Assembly: GCA_964557405.1 (NCBI GenBank)
Contig: CAZLAC010000002.1
Coordinates: forward strand, 9,149 to 73,148
DNA: 64,000 nt
Origin: an uncultured Candidatus Saccharibacteria bacterium
GTDB lineage: Bacteria; Patescibacteriota; Saccharimonadia; Saccharimonadales; Saccharimonadaceae
Direction of reading: 5' to 3'
Shown: in pieces, positions 1 to 9,857 of the stretch
How positions within the stretch are numbered: position 1 is the stretch's first letter
How the letters are laid out: each line of letters starts with the position of its first letter
Notes under the pieces: generated by a model
Told to the model about the DNA's origin: nothing
The model's input: the letters and a program-made list of their open reading frames with translations, nothing else
Databases searched by the model: none
Translations under genes and position numbers: made by a program

Positions 1-944
1 GCAATGGTGAGATTTTTGTTGAGAACTAGCTGCGGGTCAATTTCTAGACGCGTACCTAGTCCGGTGCAAGTTGGGCAAGCGCCCTGCGGAGCATTGAAAG
101 AGAAAAGACGTGGCTCTAGTTCCGGGATGAGTTCATCTGGGTGATACTCACAAGCATAGCGTTGAGAATAAGTCAGGACTTCCGTATTTTCTTTACTAGG
201 ATTCTGGGCGATGGCAGTCTGATTGTCGTTAATTTTTAGCAATTTGATAATGCCGCCGCCAAGTTCCAAAGCTTGCTCTATGGAGCTACTGATGCGACTA
301 ATTAAATCCTTGCTTAGTACGAAACGGTCTACGACAATTTCAATGTCGTGTTTTTCCTGCTTTTTTAGTTCGGGAAACTCGTCCAGGGCATAGACGATGC
401 CGTCAATACGTGCGCGAGAGAAGCCTTTGGCTTGGTATTGTTCGGGAACATGTAGGAATTCGCCTTTTTTCTGCTGGACAATGGGAGCTAGTAGCATGAT
501 TTTGCTGCCGAGCGGAAGTTTCATGACTTCGTTGACAATGTCCTCTACGGAGCGGCGGCTGACTGGACGATGACAAATTGGACAGTGCGGTACACCTACG
601 CGTGCGAATAAAAGCCTGAGATAGTCATAGACTTCCGTGACGGTGGCGACCGTGGAACGGGGGTTGCGGCTGGTAGACTTCTGGTCAATGGAAATGGCGG
701 GGGAAAGGCCCGTAATGGTGTCTACATCTGGCTTGTCCATGACGCCCAGGAACATCCGGGCATAGGAGCTGAGCGATTCTACATAACGGCGCTGGCCCTC
801 TGCGTAAATCGTATCAAAGGCAAGGCTAGATTTGCCAGAACCAGAAAGGCCAGTAATCACTACTAATTTGTCGCGCGGAATATCTACATCTATATTTTGT
901 AAGTTATGTTGTCTGGCACCACGAATTTTGATAGCGTTGTCCAT
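1..944 (-). CDS. uvrA: Excinuclease ABC subunit A (N-terminal part; runs off the window)
   Basis: Reverse strand from ATG at 944 reads [67 protein letters not shown], the canonical UvrA N-terminus with Walker A. Not in the ORF track because the stop is outside the window. Confidence 0.97.
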   Translation of the reverse strand, partial: MDNAIKIRGARQHNLQNIDVDIPRDKLVVITGLSGSGKSSLAFDTIYAEGQRRYVESLSSYARMFLGVMDKPDVDTITGLSPAISIDQKSTSRNPRSTVATVTEVYDYLRLLFARVGVPHCPICHRPVSRRSVEDIVNEVMKLPLGSKIMLLAPIVQQKKGEFLHVPEQYQAKGFSRARIDGIVYALDEFPELKKQEKHDIEIVVDRFVLSKDLISRISSSIEQALELGGGIIKLLKINDNQTAIAQNPSKENTEVLTYSQRYACEYHPDELIPELEPRLFSFNAPQGACPTCTGLGTRLEIDPQLVLNKNLTI

Positions 945-995
945 AGTCTACCTTTCCTTAAACCGTTATATTATACACCTTTTTGCGGAAAAATA

Positions 996-2189
996 CTAGA
1001 CCTGCTTTTTGAGTTCGTCAAATTTTTCGGCCATGGTGGGGTTGCCCTTAGTGAGGCGTTTGATGGTAAGATCCTGGGCCTTGTTATTGGCTAGGCGGAG
1101 ATTGTCTTCCGAGCGGAGTAAGTTTTCCTTGGTCTTTTGCAAATGCTGGATGGTTTTATCAATTTCTTCAATGGCGGTTTGGAATTTGCGGCTAGCAAGC
1201 TCGTAATTTCTAGCAAAGCCTTCTTTGAACGCCTCCATGTTTTCTTCAAAATGTGTGATGTCTAGGTTTTGATTCTGGATGGCAACCAACTCGTTTTTAT
1301 ATTTGAGAGAATTTTTAGCAGCATTTCTGAGGAGCGTAATCATAGGAATGAAAAACTGCGGGCGAATGACGTACATTTTTTCGTAGCGGTGCGAAACATC
1401 TACAATGCCAGTATTATATAGTTCGCTGTCTGCTTCTAGAAGAGAAACTAGCACGGCATATTCGCACTTTTTTTCGTGACGATCTTTGTCCAGTTCTTTG
1501 AGAAAATCCTCATTCTTGTGTTTGGTGGCAGTGGTTTCGTTTTCGTTTTTCATTTCAAACATGATAGAAATAAGTTCGGTGCCGTTTTCGTCCGTCTCGC
1601 GATAAATGTAGTCGCCCTTGCTGCCGGAAGTCTTGGAAACTTCATTGTCTTTTTCAAAATAAGCGTTCTGGAAACCGGTGGCGCGAAGTTTGTTAAACTC
1701 CGTTTCACAGTGTTGTTCCAAAGTTTCGCCAACCATCTTGGTGCTAAGTTTTGACTTCAAATCTTTGAGACGTTCAATCTCTTCAGTTTTTAGCTGCAGG
1801 GCAGATTCGTATTTTTCTTTTAGCGATTTTTGTTGAATTTCCGATTCGGTGTCTTTGTTTTTCAAATCGTTTTTTAATTTGTCGCGTTCTTTTTCTACCG
1901 GCACAAGAGCTTGGGAAACCGCGAGTTGTTTTTCCATGTCGGCCTTTTCCAGTTGTGATTTGAGGCCAGCGATTTTCTGGTCTTTTTCTGAAAGTTCACG
2001 TTGAAGTTCATTTTTTATCTTTTCTTCAACAAGCTTGAGATCGGTTTTATGGCGCTGGTCAATTTGAGCTAGCCTTTCGTGAATTTCATCGTCAAATTCT
2101 TGGGTGTGAACTTGAGATAAAATGGCGGCATAGCTGGATTCGTCTACTTTGAAAGTTTTTCCGCAATTTGGGCATTTGATGTCGTGCAT
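996..2189 (-). CDS. DUF2130 family protein (N-terminal CxxC, long coiled coil, C-terminal PD-(D/E)XK-like region)
   Basis: IKCPNCG start, [30 protein letters not shown] motifs typical of DUF2130; AAAGGAG SD upstream. Confidence 0.85.
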   Translation of the reverse strand: MHDIKCPNCGKTFKVDESSYAAILSQVHTQEFDDEIHERLAQIDQRHKTDLKLVEEKIKNELQRELSEKDQKIAGLKSQLEKADMEKQLAVSQALVPVEKERDKLKNDLKNKDTESEIQQKSLKEKYESALQLKTEEIERLKDLKSKLSTKMVGETLEQHCETEFNKLRATGFQNAYFEKDNEVSKTSGSKGDYIYRETDENGTELISIMFEMKNENETTATKHKNEDFLKELDKDRHEKKCEYAVLVSLLEADSELYNTGIVDVSHRYEKMYVIRPQFFIPMITLLRNAAKNSLKYKNELVAIQNQNLDITHFEENMEAFKEGFARNYELASRKFQTAIEEIDKTIQHLQKTKENLLRSEDNLRLANNKAQDLTIKRLTKGNPTMAEKFDELKKQV

Positions 2190-2202
2190 ATGGCTCCTTT
2201 CT

Positions 2203-3552
2203 TTAATAATCTCCGGTTTGCAACGATTGATACCAAAGATTTAATTCTTCTAGAATAAATTCGTCGGCCGACTTTGCCTGCAGCTCTGCCATAGCAGTAG
2301 CAAACGCCGGAGCCTGGCGGTTTAGGCGAGCAATGCGGTATTCCTCCCATTTTTTAGTTTCGGCCTCATCCAGAGCGGACGGATAATTTTTGGCTTTGTA
2401 ATGCAGCAAGAGCTCCGGTAGGCGTTCGTCTGTAAAGTCCGGATGAAAATCGGCTAGTTTGTTAGCGTCGGCGTTACGGACGGCAGCGATTTTGACTTTG
2501 TCTGCATCCGGAGTAAAGCTGTCGTATAGTGCGGATTCTGGATCTGGTGCCGGCGGAAATTCTGGCCGATCTTCGTAGGAACTACGCATTTTCTCTGCAA
2601 AATCAGGACGGCTGAGTAGTTTGGCTAGATTTTGTTCAACTTGCTCCTTTGTAAGACTGATTTTTTTCCAGCCATCTGCGTTCTCCAGCACGCCTAGTGG
2701 CGCTACGGCCGGACATTTATTGTAACAGAGCTCCTTCACGACTGGATAAGATTTTTCTGGGTCTAGTTCGTCTAAATCATAGCGCAGGTCATAGACTAGA
2801 ATGTTACCGTTGCGGCCCGGCGCGAGCGGATAAGCCACGGAGGTCTTTTCATATTCCGCTGGATAGCGGCCACAAGCATAGACAAAAGGTTTGGGGTTTT
2901 CCAGATTGATTAACTGCTGTACAGCCTTTTTTCCGCGGATTTTGTATAAATAATCATAGAGTTGCGGTTGTTTTTCTTTGATTAATTTTGTGACAGAAAC
3001 GAGAGCCTCTACATCGCTCAAGGCGTCATGCGCGTGTTCGTGAGAAATACCGTTTTCTTTAGTAAGCAGTTCCAGACGATTAGTGGCCTTGCCGTCTACT
3101 ACCGGCCAGTTAATTCCCTCCGGCCGAAGCGCGCGCGTGAGACGCACTACGTCCAACAGGTCCCAGCGACTGCGACCATCTGCCCATTGCCACTCGTATG
3201 GGTCGCGGAAGTTGCGCCAAAAAAGATGACGCATAAATTCGTCATCAAAACGCACGGAGTTGTAGCCTACGACGCAGGTATTTTCTGTAAAAATTTCGTC
3301 CGTGAGGTACTGGCAGAATTCCGCTTCCGTTAGGCCGTCCGCCAAAGTACTCTGCGGAGTGATTTTGGTGACCATGATAGCTTGGGGGCTAGGGAGGGTG
3401 TCGTCGGTCATTTTTACCAGGATGTTGACGGGATTGCCAATTTTGTTGAGGTTTAGATCTGTGCGCTGCCCAGCGAATTGCATAATGCGGTCTTCGCGGG
3501 CGTTCAAGCCAGAGGTCTCTAAATCATAAAAGAAAAATGTAGGCTCGTTCAT
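2203..3552 (-). CDS. sbcB: Exodeoxyribonuclease I
   Basis: YDLETSG (Exo I), [10 protein letters not shown] (Exo II), HAHDALSDV (Exo III) DEDDh motifs. Start placed at ATG 3552, 6 nt after TGTTATAAT. Confidence 0.93.
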   Translation of the reverse strand: MNEPTFFFYDLETSGLNAREDRIMQFAGQRTDLNLNKIGNPVNILVKMTDDTLPSPQAIMVTKITPQSTLADGLTEAEFCQYLTDEIFTENTCVVGYNSVRFDDEFMRHLFWRNFRDPYEWQWADGRSRWDLLDVVRLTRALRPEGINWPVVDGKATNRLELLTKENGISHEHAHDALSDVEALVSVTKLIKEKQPQLYDYLYKIRGKKAVQQLINLENPKPFVYACGRYPAEYEKTSVAYPLAPGRNGNILVYDLRYDLDELDPEKSYPVVKELCYNKCPAVAPLGVLENADGWKKISLTKEQVEQNLAKLLSRPDFAEKMRSSYEDRPEFPPAPDPESALYDSFTPDADKVKIAAVRNADANKLADFHPDFTDERLPELLLHYKAKNYPSALDEAETKKWEEYRIARLNRQAPAFATAMAELQAKSADEFILEELNLWYQSLQTGDY

Positions 3553-3574
3553 ACCTACATTATAACAGATAGTT

Positions 3575-3605
3575 TTAAGGCCCCGCAAGATGCGCGGGGC
3601 CTTAA
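3575..3605 (-). terminator. Stem-loop, probable intrinsic terminator of the 3611-4063 gene
   Basis: TTAAGGCCCCGC-7nt-GCGGGGCCTTAA perfect 12-bp inverted repeat directly after the stop codon. Confidence 0.7.
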
Positions 3606-3610
3606 GGTGC

Positions 3611-4063
3611 TTAGTTGATGTTGATTAGGTCTATTTCTCCGCTGCGGCGGAGTTCTTTGCAAGTCTGCAGGCGGCAGTCCTCAAGCGATTGGAGATATAA
3701 ATCTAATACATCGTGATGGAACCGCTCGGCGGTTTTGGCTACATAGTAAAGTATATAGCCATAAGCTGCAGCAAGGAGCAGGAGCAGGCCAAGTGAGGTC
3801 TGCGTGCCGCTGATGATAGCGGTGGCTGCACCGGGCAGGCTGTCTAAGTAGGCTACAAACGCGGTGTGAACCGTAGTGAGTAGCGTGATGTAGAACAGCA
3901 CTGCGCTGATGATGCCGACGGCGCCAGGAATGGCCTTGCGGCATCTCCGTTTGCCGATGCAGAGCTTGCTCATCTTTCTGTTGACGATTAGGCCAACATT
4001 GGTTGCTCCGGCGACGATTGCCAAAAGCGCCAGTAAACAGGCTACAAAAACTGTAATCTTCAT
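3611..4063 (-). CDS. Hypothetical membrane protein (about 3 TM segments)
   Basis: ORF with three hydrophobic stretches; AAGGGGG SD before ATG 4063; has its own promoter and terminator. Confidence 0.7.
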   Translation of the reverse strand: MKITVFVACLLALLAIVAGATNVGLIVNRKMSKLCIGKRRCRKAIPGAVGIISAVLFYITLLTTVHTAFVAYLDSLPGAATAIISGTQTSLGLLLLLAAAYGYILYYVAKTAERFHHDVLDLYLQSLEDCRLQTCKELRRSGEIDLININ

Positions 4064-4174
4064 AATTACCCCCTTTATGAAACACAACTATTGTTAACGC
4101 GCACGTCAGCGCCCGACATCCGTGTCAGACGCCAACGGCACTCTAGGCTTGCTTAAGACCAAGCCTATAATTCC

Positions 4175-4203
4175 ATTATAGCACACTTTGTGAAAATTGT
4201 CAA
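4175..4203 (-). promoter_or_regulatory. Consensus sigma70 promoter TTGACA-17-(TGC)TATAAT
   Basis: Reverse strand TTGACA (4198-4203), 17-nt spacer, TATAAT (4175-4180). Confidence 0.8.
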
Positions 4204-4213
4204 TAGTTTGGGG

Positions 4214-4933
4214 CTACAGGGAGATGCCCATAGAGGCATAATAGAGTTCATAAGAAAGGTTGATGACCTCGGCATTGAGATTGACAAGCTCGGCGTTGTA
4301 TTCCTCCGGGAGAGCATAGACCACGAATTTCAGCGGATTATCGGTGGACTCGTCGCCACAGACGGTTTGACCGGGATAGCCAAGCTCAGACGGGATGGTA
4401 ATCTCGCGGATGCCGCCCAGTTTCATACCAATTACACCTTCGGTCCAGCCGGAAATTAAGCCGTCCCCGTCAATGGGCGGTTTCAAAGAAGCTGGGCTTT
4501 CAAAATTGTCAAAGCTGGAATCAAAGACATATTCGTTGCCGCAGAAGCCAATGTAATAAGCCAAGTACTGCGTGTCGCCACTGGCAAGCTCGCGACCATC
4601 GCCGGCCTTCAGATCTTCGGTTTTTATCCCGCCGGTGTTAGCGGCGGTGGTGTTATAGGCGGTCACGCGGCTCTTGTAGGAAGAAAGCTCGGCTAGGTAT
4701 TTGTCAGAATATGGCTGGGCCATCTCGTTAAGTTGGTTCTGTTTAGTGGTGTATTCCTCCTCTAGCGCAGCAATGTCCTCATCGCTAAGTGAGTTGGAGC
4801 TCTTAGAAGTGCTGCTGTTCCCGCCAAGTACAATGGCAATATATACCGCTACAGTAGAGCCGAGTAGCACTAGCGCAATAACAATAATACCAATGCGCTG
4901 TCTCCAGCTAGTTTTAATCATGCTTTGGTCCAT
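4214..4933 (-). CDS. Membrane-anchored FKBP-type peptidyl-prolyl isomerase
   Basis: N-terminal TM; VFDSS, LISGWTEGVIGMKLGGIREITIPSELGY FKBP motifs. Confidence 0.88.
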   Translation of the reverse strand: MDQSMIKTSWRQRIGIIVIALVLLGSTVAVYIAIVLGGNSSTSKSSNSLSDEDIAALEEEYTTKQNQLNEMAQPYSDKYLAELSSYKSRVTAYNTTAANTGGIKTEDLKAGDGRELASGDTQYLAYYIGFCGNEYVFDSSFDNFESPASLKPPIDGDGLISGWTEGVIGMKLGGIREITIPSELGYPGQTVCGDESTDNPLKFVVYALPEEYNAELVNLNAEVINLSYELYYASMGISL

Positions 4934-4954
4934 AAACCTCCTTTATGATTTGTA

Positions 4955-7462
4955 TTAGACCACTTCCGCACCGAGGGTCTGAACGTTTTTCTCAATACTT
5001 CCCATTATAGCAGAGATTTCGGCATTCTCCAGGGTTTTTTCTAGGCTAGCAAATTTCAGATGGAAGCTATAGTTGGTAGTCTCGCAATGCTCAGGAGCCT
5101 GGTAAACAGAGGTGGGTTCAACAGAATATACCAGATTTCCGGAGTTTGTCAAGGCTTCGTCTATGGCGGCAGCTAGCTCGGCAAATTGGTGATTCTCAGG
5201 TAATTTTAAGGTGAGGTCACGTTCTACAGACGGGAAGCGGCTGAGGCGGTTATTAGTATGAGCTGTCTCCGGGGCGGCCAGCAAGACGGCGAGGTCCAAT
5301 TCAAAAGCTGAAATATGGTCCGGAAGTTTCAGCCGGGTGCGGACGGCACCGCGAATTTCCCCAACTGTGCCCAAGCGCACCGGTTTAGCAAATTCATTCT
5401 GGACGTAGACCTCGGCAGAGTGGAGCGGTTCGTAGTACGGCGCAGCGGTTTTAACTGGTGTCAAGGTCAACGTGAGATGTAGAGACTGAGCTAAGGCACG
5501 TAGCTTAGCTTTAGCCTGATAATAGTCGCCGGTGGTGACCAGTGCAAGGTGATGGAACATATCCGGAACCTGCTCGTCCGTGAAGCCTTTTCCCTTGTCT
5601 GTAACTTGGTTCATTTCGTAAATAGTGAAATCTTTGTGCCCAGCGCGGAGATTGTCATAGGTCTTTTCCAGCAAGCTCGGAACAATGCTCTGACGGAAGC
5701 ATTGAAGCTCCGGCGAAATGGAATTAACGATTTGGTAGCTCTGCTCTGGCTCCTCGCCAACGGTTTCCTGAAGCTTACGACTGACGAACGAGTAGGTAAG
5801 AACCTCGTGCGCAGAAAGGTTATCGGAAAGAAAATCGCGCAAATGGGTTTTTAGGGCAAACATGGGGTTCTTAGGAGTGCTAATGAATGGGCGAAGCGGC
5901 ATGGCTCTAGTGATATTATCAAAGCCAAGCAACCGCCCAACTTCTTCCGTGATGTCTTCTTTGATGTGGATGTCGGTGCGCCAATATGGAGCAGTAACAA
6001 CGAGGGTGGCGAACTTCTGCAAAGTAACATCGTCAGTAGCGTGACCGTCGGTGGTAATAGAAAAACCAACGTTCTCCAGAGTTTTAGTAATGGTGTCTTG
6101 GTCATAATTCGTACCAAGCAAAGAATTGATGTCAAATGTTGTAATTTTTACAACACTAGGCGGCTCCGGAGAGAGGTAGCAGTCTGCTACGGCAGTGACC
6201 GTGCCACCAAGCAGGTTAGTAGTAGCCTCCAGGACTGGCAAAGTCAAACCGGCAGGTTGCCCCTTAGTAAAGCGGGTAATGGCTTCCGAGAAAATACCGT
6301 GTTTCATCTGGGTCTTGCGGAGGTGGTAGAGTGAAAAAGTAGCGGATTCTAGGATGATACGCTGGGTGTTTTTATCTATTTCCGTACTAGCACCGCCCAT
6401 TGCCCCGGCCAAAGTAACCGGAACGTCATTAGAAGTGATGAGAATATCGTTATTGTCACATTTAATAGTCTTTCCGTCCAGTAGTTCTAGCGGCTCATCA
6501 GTACGGGCAGTGCGGACGATGATTTTTGGCTCTTTTCCGCCACCCACAGCAACAAATTTATCATAGTCAAAAGCGTGCAGAGGCTGGCCGGTCATAAGCA
6601 TCATGACGTTAGTAGCATCCACGATTTTATTGATGGTGCGCATGCCGGATTTGGCTAGGAAAATGGCAGTAGGAGTAAGATACGGGTCTACGGCCATAGC
6701 ATCAGAAAGTTCCATGACGGCGCAGGAATAACGCGGACAGGTTTCGGAAAGTTTGATCTCTATGGTTGGAGCGTTTACAGAAGTTTTTAAATCTAACATC
6801 TGTTTGAGCGCGCCACCACCGTTTAACAAGACTTCTGGCTCGGCAAACTTCTCGCCAAGGATACCGGCAACTTCACGGGCAAAGCCAATCAGTCCAAAAG
6901 TGTCTGGACGATGAGTGAGGGATTTATTTTCTATGTCTAAGATGACATCGTTTAGGTCAAAGACCGCAGCGAAACTGGCACCCGGAACAACTTGCTTCTC
7001 AGTGCCATCAGTATCTATGTAATGGAGATTGGGGTCGATTTCGGCGATTCCCTCGTGGTCTGTGCCGAGGTCCAATTCGTCCACAGCAGCAAGCATGCCG
7101 TAGCTATCATGGCCACGGAGCGGACGCATGGAAATTTCAAAGTTTTCTCCGCCGTAAGTCTGCGGAACGATGGCACCCGGTGCAATCCAGACTGCTAACA
7201 TGCCGGCATGGACGTTCGGTGCGCCACAAACGACTTGTATTTTCTTTTCGCCATTGTCAATTCGGCAGAGATGCAAATGCGTATCGGGAATATCTTTGCA
7301 CTCAACGACTTTAACGATATAAATACCGGTGTATTTTTTTGACCAGTCAATTTTTTCTTCTACTTCTACTAGGCGCGAGCCAATCAGAGTGACAAGTTCG
7401 TCCGTAGAGACCTGCGCAGCGGCAGGAACTAATTTTTTGATTTCGTTAAGACTAATTCTCAT
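4955..7462 (-). CDS. pheT: Phenylalanine-tRNA ligase beta subunit
   Basis: QVVCGAPN, THRPD, GQPLHAFD, EEVGRLLGFDNI, C-terminal FDX-ACB (SRFPSVERDL); coupled to pheS. Confidence 0.97.
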   Translation of the reverse strand: MRISLNEIKKLVPAAAQVSTDELVTLIGSRLVEVEEKIDWSKKYTGIYIVKVVECKDIPDTHLHLCRIDNGEKKIQVVCGAPNVHAGMLAVWIAPGAIVPQTYGGENFEISMRPLRGHDSYGMLAAVDELDLGTDHEGIAEIDPNLHYIDTDGTEKQVVPGASFAAVFDLNDVILDIENKSLTHRPDTFGLIGFAREVAGILGEKFAEPEVLLNGGGALKQMLDLKTSVNAPTIEIKLSETCPRYSCAVMELSDAMAVDPYLTPTAIFLAKSGMRTINKIVDATNVMMLMTGQPLHAFDYDKFVAVGGGKEPKIIVRTARTDEPLELLDGKTIKCDNNDILITSNDVPVTLAGAMGGASTEIDKNTQRIILESATFSLYHLRKTQMKHGIFSEAITRFTKGQPAGLTLPVLEATTNLLGGTVTAVADCYLSPEPPSVVKITTFDINSLLGTNYDQDTITKTLENVGFSITTDGHATDDVTLQKFATLVVTAPYWRTDIHIKEDITEEVGRLLGFDNITRAMPLRPFISTPKNPMFALKTHLRDFLSDNLSAHEVLTYSFVSRKLQETVGEEPEQSYQIVNSISPELQCFRQSIVPSLLEKTYDNLRAGHKDFTIYEMNQVTDKGKGFTDEQVPDMFHHLALVTTGDYYQAKAKLRALAQSLHLTLTLTPVKTAAPYYEPLHSAEVYVQNEFAKPVRLGTVGEIRGAVRTRLKLPDHISAFELDLAVLLAAPETAHTNNRLSRFPSVERDLTLKLPENHQFAELAAAIDEALTNSGNLVYSVEPTSVYQAPEHCETTNYSFHLKFASLEKTLENAEISAIMGSIEKNVQTLGAEVV

Positions 7463-8406
7463 TAAAACTCCTCCAAAAAGTCAAGTTTACCCGATTCAAA
7501 ATAGCGAATATCGTTTAGTTGATATTTCATAATCACGAGGCGATCTATTCCGCCGCCCCAAGCAAAGCCTTTGTACTTTTCTGGATTGATACTAGCAGCT
7601 TTGAGGACGTTGGGGTGAATCATGCCGCAGCCCAGCATCTCTAGCCAACCGTCACCTTTTCCACCAAGAGATTTAGGCTTCTCAATTAGAAGCTCTAGGG
7701 ATGGTTCTGTGAATGGAAAATATCCCGGCTGAGTCTTTATATTAAGATTTTGTCCGTAGTAAGTATCAAAGAAATTTTTTAGCACGCCAAGCATCTGTCC
7801 CATAGTGGCATCTTCAGAAACATAGATGCCTTCACACTGGTAGAAAGTATGCTCGTGCGTAGCGTCTACATCTTCGTTTCGAAAGACGCGGCCAGGAATA
7901 GCAACGGCAATTTTGCCACCGTGTTCCAAGTTTTTCTTAAACTTTTTTAGGGCGCGGTGTTGCATGGTGCTGGTGTGTGCCGGCGGAATAAAGCCCTCGG
8001 AAGTCCGGAAAGTATCATAGCCGTCCCGAGCAGGATGACCGGCCGGAAAGTTAAGTGCCTCAAACATATGAAATTCGTCGTCAAGCTGGCGTGATTCCAT
8101 GATATCAAAACCCATGCGCGAATAAATATCTATTACGCGGTCCAGCTCCGTCATGAGCGGGTGTTTGCTGCCGCGTTTGATAGATGGGACTGGGGAGTTC
8201 GGTGCGGTGGGAGCGGTAATGTCAATTGGCTCCACACTGGCAGATTCGGCGGCGGCCTCCGCTTCGGCGATTTGTTTCAGAATAGTCTGTTTTTTCTGGT
8301 TTAGTTCGGCACCGAAAGATTTACGTTCTTCCGGGCTCAAGTCTTTCATCTTTGTATATTCGGCGTTGAGGGCCTTTAGTTCATTCTTTAAGCTTTCTAA
8401 ATCCAT
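7462..8406 (-). CDS. pheS: Phenylalanine-tRNA ligase alpha subunit
   Basis: HPARDGYDTF, GRVFRNEDVDATH, YFPFTEPS, GFAWGGGIDRL. Start at ATG 8406, 7 nt after TGATATAAT. Confidence 0.97.
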   Translation of the reverse strand: MDLESLKNELKALNAEYTKMKDLSPEERKSFGAELNQKKQTILKQIAEAEAAAESASVEPIDITAPTAPNSPVPSIKRGSKHPLMTELDRVIDIYSRMGFDIMESRQLDDEFHMFEALNFPAGHPARDGYDTFRTSEGFIPPAHTSTMQHRALKKFKKNLEHGGKIAVAIPGRVFRNEDVDATHEHTFYQCEGIYVSEDATMGQMLGVLKNFFDTYYGQNLNIKTQPGYFPFTEPSLELLIEKPKSLGGKGDGWLEMLGCGMIHPNVLKAASINPEKYKGFAWGGGIDRLVIMKYQLNDIRYFESGKLDFLEEF

Positions 8407-8454
8407 ACTATATATTATATCATAATTAGATGCGGTAACATAGTTCAAGTAGCA

Positions 8455-8598
8455 CAAAGGCGCATTTCGCAGGATACCTCGGACAATCCTGCGAAATGCG
8501 CCTTTGCGTTGCTCGGACGATCTTGTGTCAAGAAAGCATGAAGGTGGCTTTTTCCAAGATTGTCCGAGGCATCTTGGGAAAAGCCACCTTCATGCTTT
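8455..8598. repeat. Pair of long inverted repeats with mutually complementary loops (REP-like / structured element)
   Basis: Perfect 21-bp stem 8455-8475/8486-8506 (loop ACCTCGGACA) and 28-bp stem 8533-8560/8571-8598 with one T-G pair (loop TGTCCGAGGC). Confidence 0.85.
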
Positions 8599-8620
8599 TT
8601 ATGTTGCTAGCTCGCCTGAG

Positions 8621-9550
8621 CTATTTGGCTTCTTCACCACTCAAGCGGCCGGCAAAGTCGCTGAGATAGAAACCAGCGGCACCACCAATCATCGGGAAGA
8701 TGATGTAGGTGACAGCGGCAAGAGCGATGTTGCCAAAGAGTTCGCCAAAGTTTTCGCCGGAGTTCGGGAAAATTTGGTACATGATAGCTACAGCCGGGTT
8801 CATCATGAAACCGTTAGTAGTGCTGAAGAACACGTTCATAATGATGAGACCAAGAATCATGGCAATGGAAACACCACATGCTACAACGATAGCAAAGGTG
8901 AATACGCTGCGCTTGTACTGAAGAGCGCGAGCAAAGAAGAAGCCGATGATAGTAGCACCCATGAACTCTACGAGGGTAGTAGTCCAGAAGTGATCACCGG
9001 TAAGTTCTGCCATAGCAGGAAGCTCTACGGCTGCGGCAGCTTCGCCACCAGCGGATTTGAAAGCGCCGATGAGCATAAGGCCAAGCCATGCACCAACTAC
9101 CTGTGCGACGATGTAAAGCACGCCACGGATAGCAGAGATACGGCGAGAGGCCATCATGCCTACGGTCACGAGCGGGTTAAGGTGTGCGCCAGAGAAAGCG
9201 TACACGGCGATGATGATTGCTACCATGCCAAAGAGTAGGTAAGTAGCGCCCAGACCGGTCTGACCAGAGAGCCAGTTCAATGAGATGATAAATGCCGCAA
9301 GGAGCATTGTACCAATGACCTCACCAAGCAAGGAGCCCCAGATTTTTGGAGTCTTGAAAATTGTGAGGATGTTTTCGTTTTCGTCGAATTTGCGAGCAAA
9401 GAACCCAGCAAAGAGTTTTTTATTGCTGGCACTTGACGCGATTACTTTTGTTTCTTCCACCTTTTTTGTTTCTGGAGCCTTGACAGTCTTGACGGTCTTT
9501 GGCTTGGTTGAAGACTTTTTAGTAGTCTTCTTGGACTTTGTATTGGCCAT
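8621..9550 (-). CDS. MIP/aquaporin family channel with Lys/Thr-rich N-terminal tail
   Basis: GEVIGT, SGAHLNPLVT, VEFMGA, MMNPAVA, YIIFPMIG motifs; six hydrophobic helices. Confidence 0.9.
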   Translation of the reverse strand: MANTKSKKTTKKSSTKPKTVKTVKAPETKKVEETKVIASSASNKKLFAGFFARKFDENENILTIFKTPKIWGSLLGEVIGTMLLAAFIISLNWLSGQTGLGATYLLFGMVAIIIAVYAFSGAHLNPLVTVGMMASRRISAIRGVLYIVAQVVGAWLGLMLIGAFKSAGGEAAAAVELPAMAELTGDHFWTTTLVEFMGATIIGFFFARALQYKRSVFTFAIVVACGVSIAMILGLIIMNVFFSTTNGFMMNPAVAIMYQIFPNSGENFGELFGNIALAAVTYIIFPMIGGAAGFYLSDFAGRLSGEEAK

Positions 9551-9632
9551 TTTACCTCCTTAAAAGTAGTATATAAACATTGTAGCACAAGTATGATAAA
9601 ATTGTAAGAGAAACTTATATTTGGAGGTAAAA

Positions 9633-9857
9633 ATGGGAGTAATCGCCCACAAAGAACAAGAAAGAAATACCGAATTAAATGATAGGATTGCAGCGGATCT
9701 CCGCGCACGAGCACAAAGCTCAGAAAGAGAGGACCCGGATATGGTGGAAGATTCCGATTATACAAAAAATCTGAAGAAAACTAGTCATTTTGGTTGGATT
9801 TGGATCGTACTAATTGTACTAGCTATAGCATCGCTAGTGATGATTGCGACTATTTAG
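9633..9857 (+). CDS. Small hypothetical protein with C-terminal TM
   Basis: GGAGGT SD before ATG 9633; C-terminal hydrophobic helix. Confidence 0.7.
   Translation: MGVIAHKEQERNTELNDRIAADLRARAQSSEREDPDMVEDSDYTKNLKKTSHFGWIWIVLIVLAIASLVMIATI

Noticed and set aside
3681-4085. Alternative-frame 134-aa ORF
   Set aside because: Same-strand overlap with the membrane-protein ORF, which has the SD and protein-like composition.
8407-8620. T-box riboswitch upstream of pheS
   Set aside because: No T-box UGGNACC antiterminator motif or specifier stem on the minus strand, and pheS has its own -10 seven nt from the ATG.
8504-9238. 244-aa plus-strand ORF
   Set aside because: Antisense shadow of the aquaporin gene; no motifs; starts inside a hairpin.
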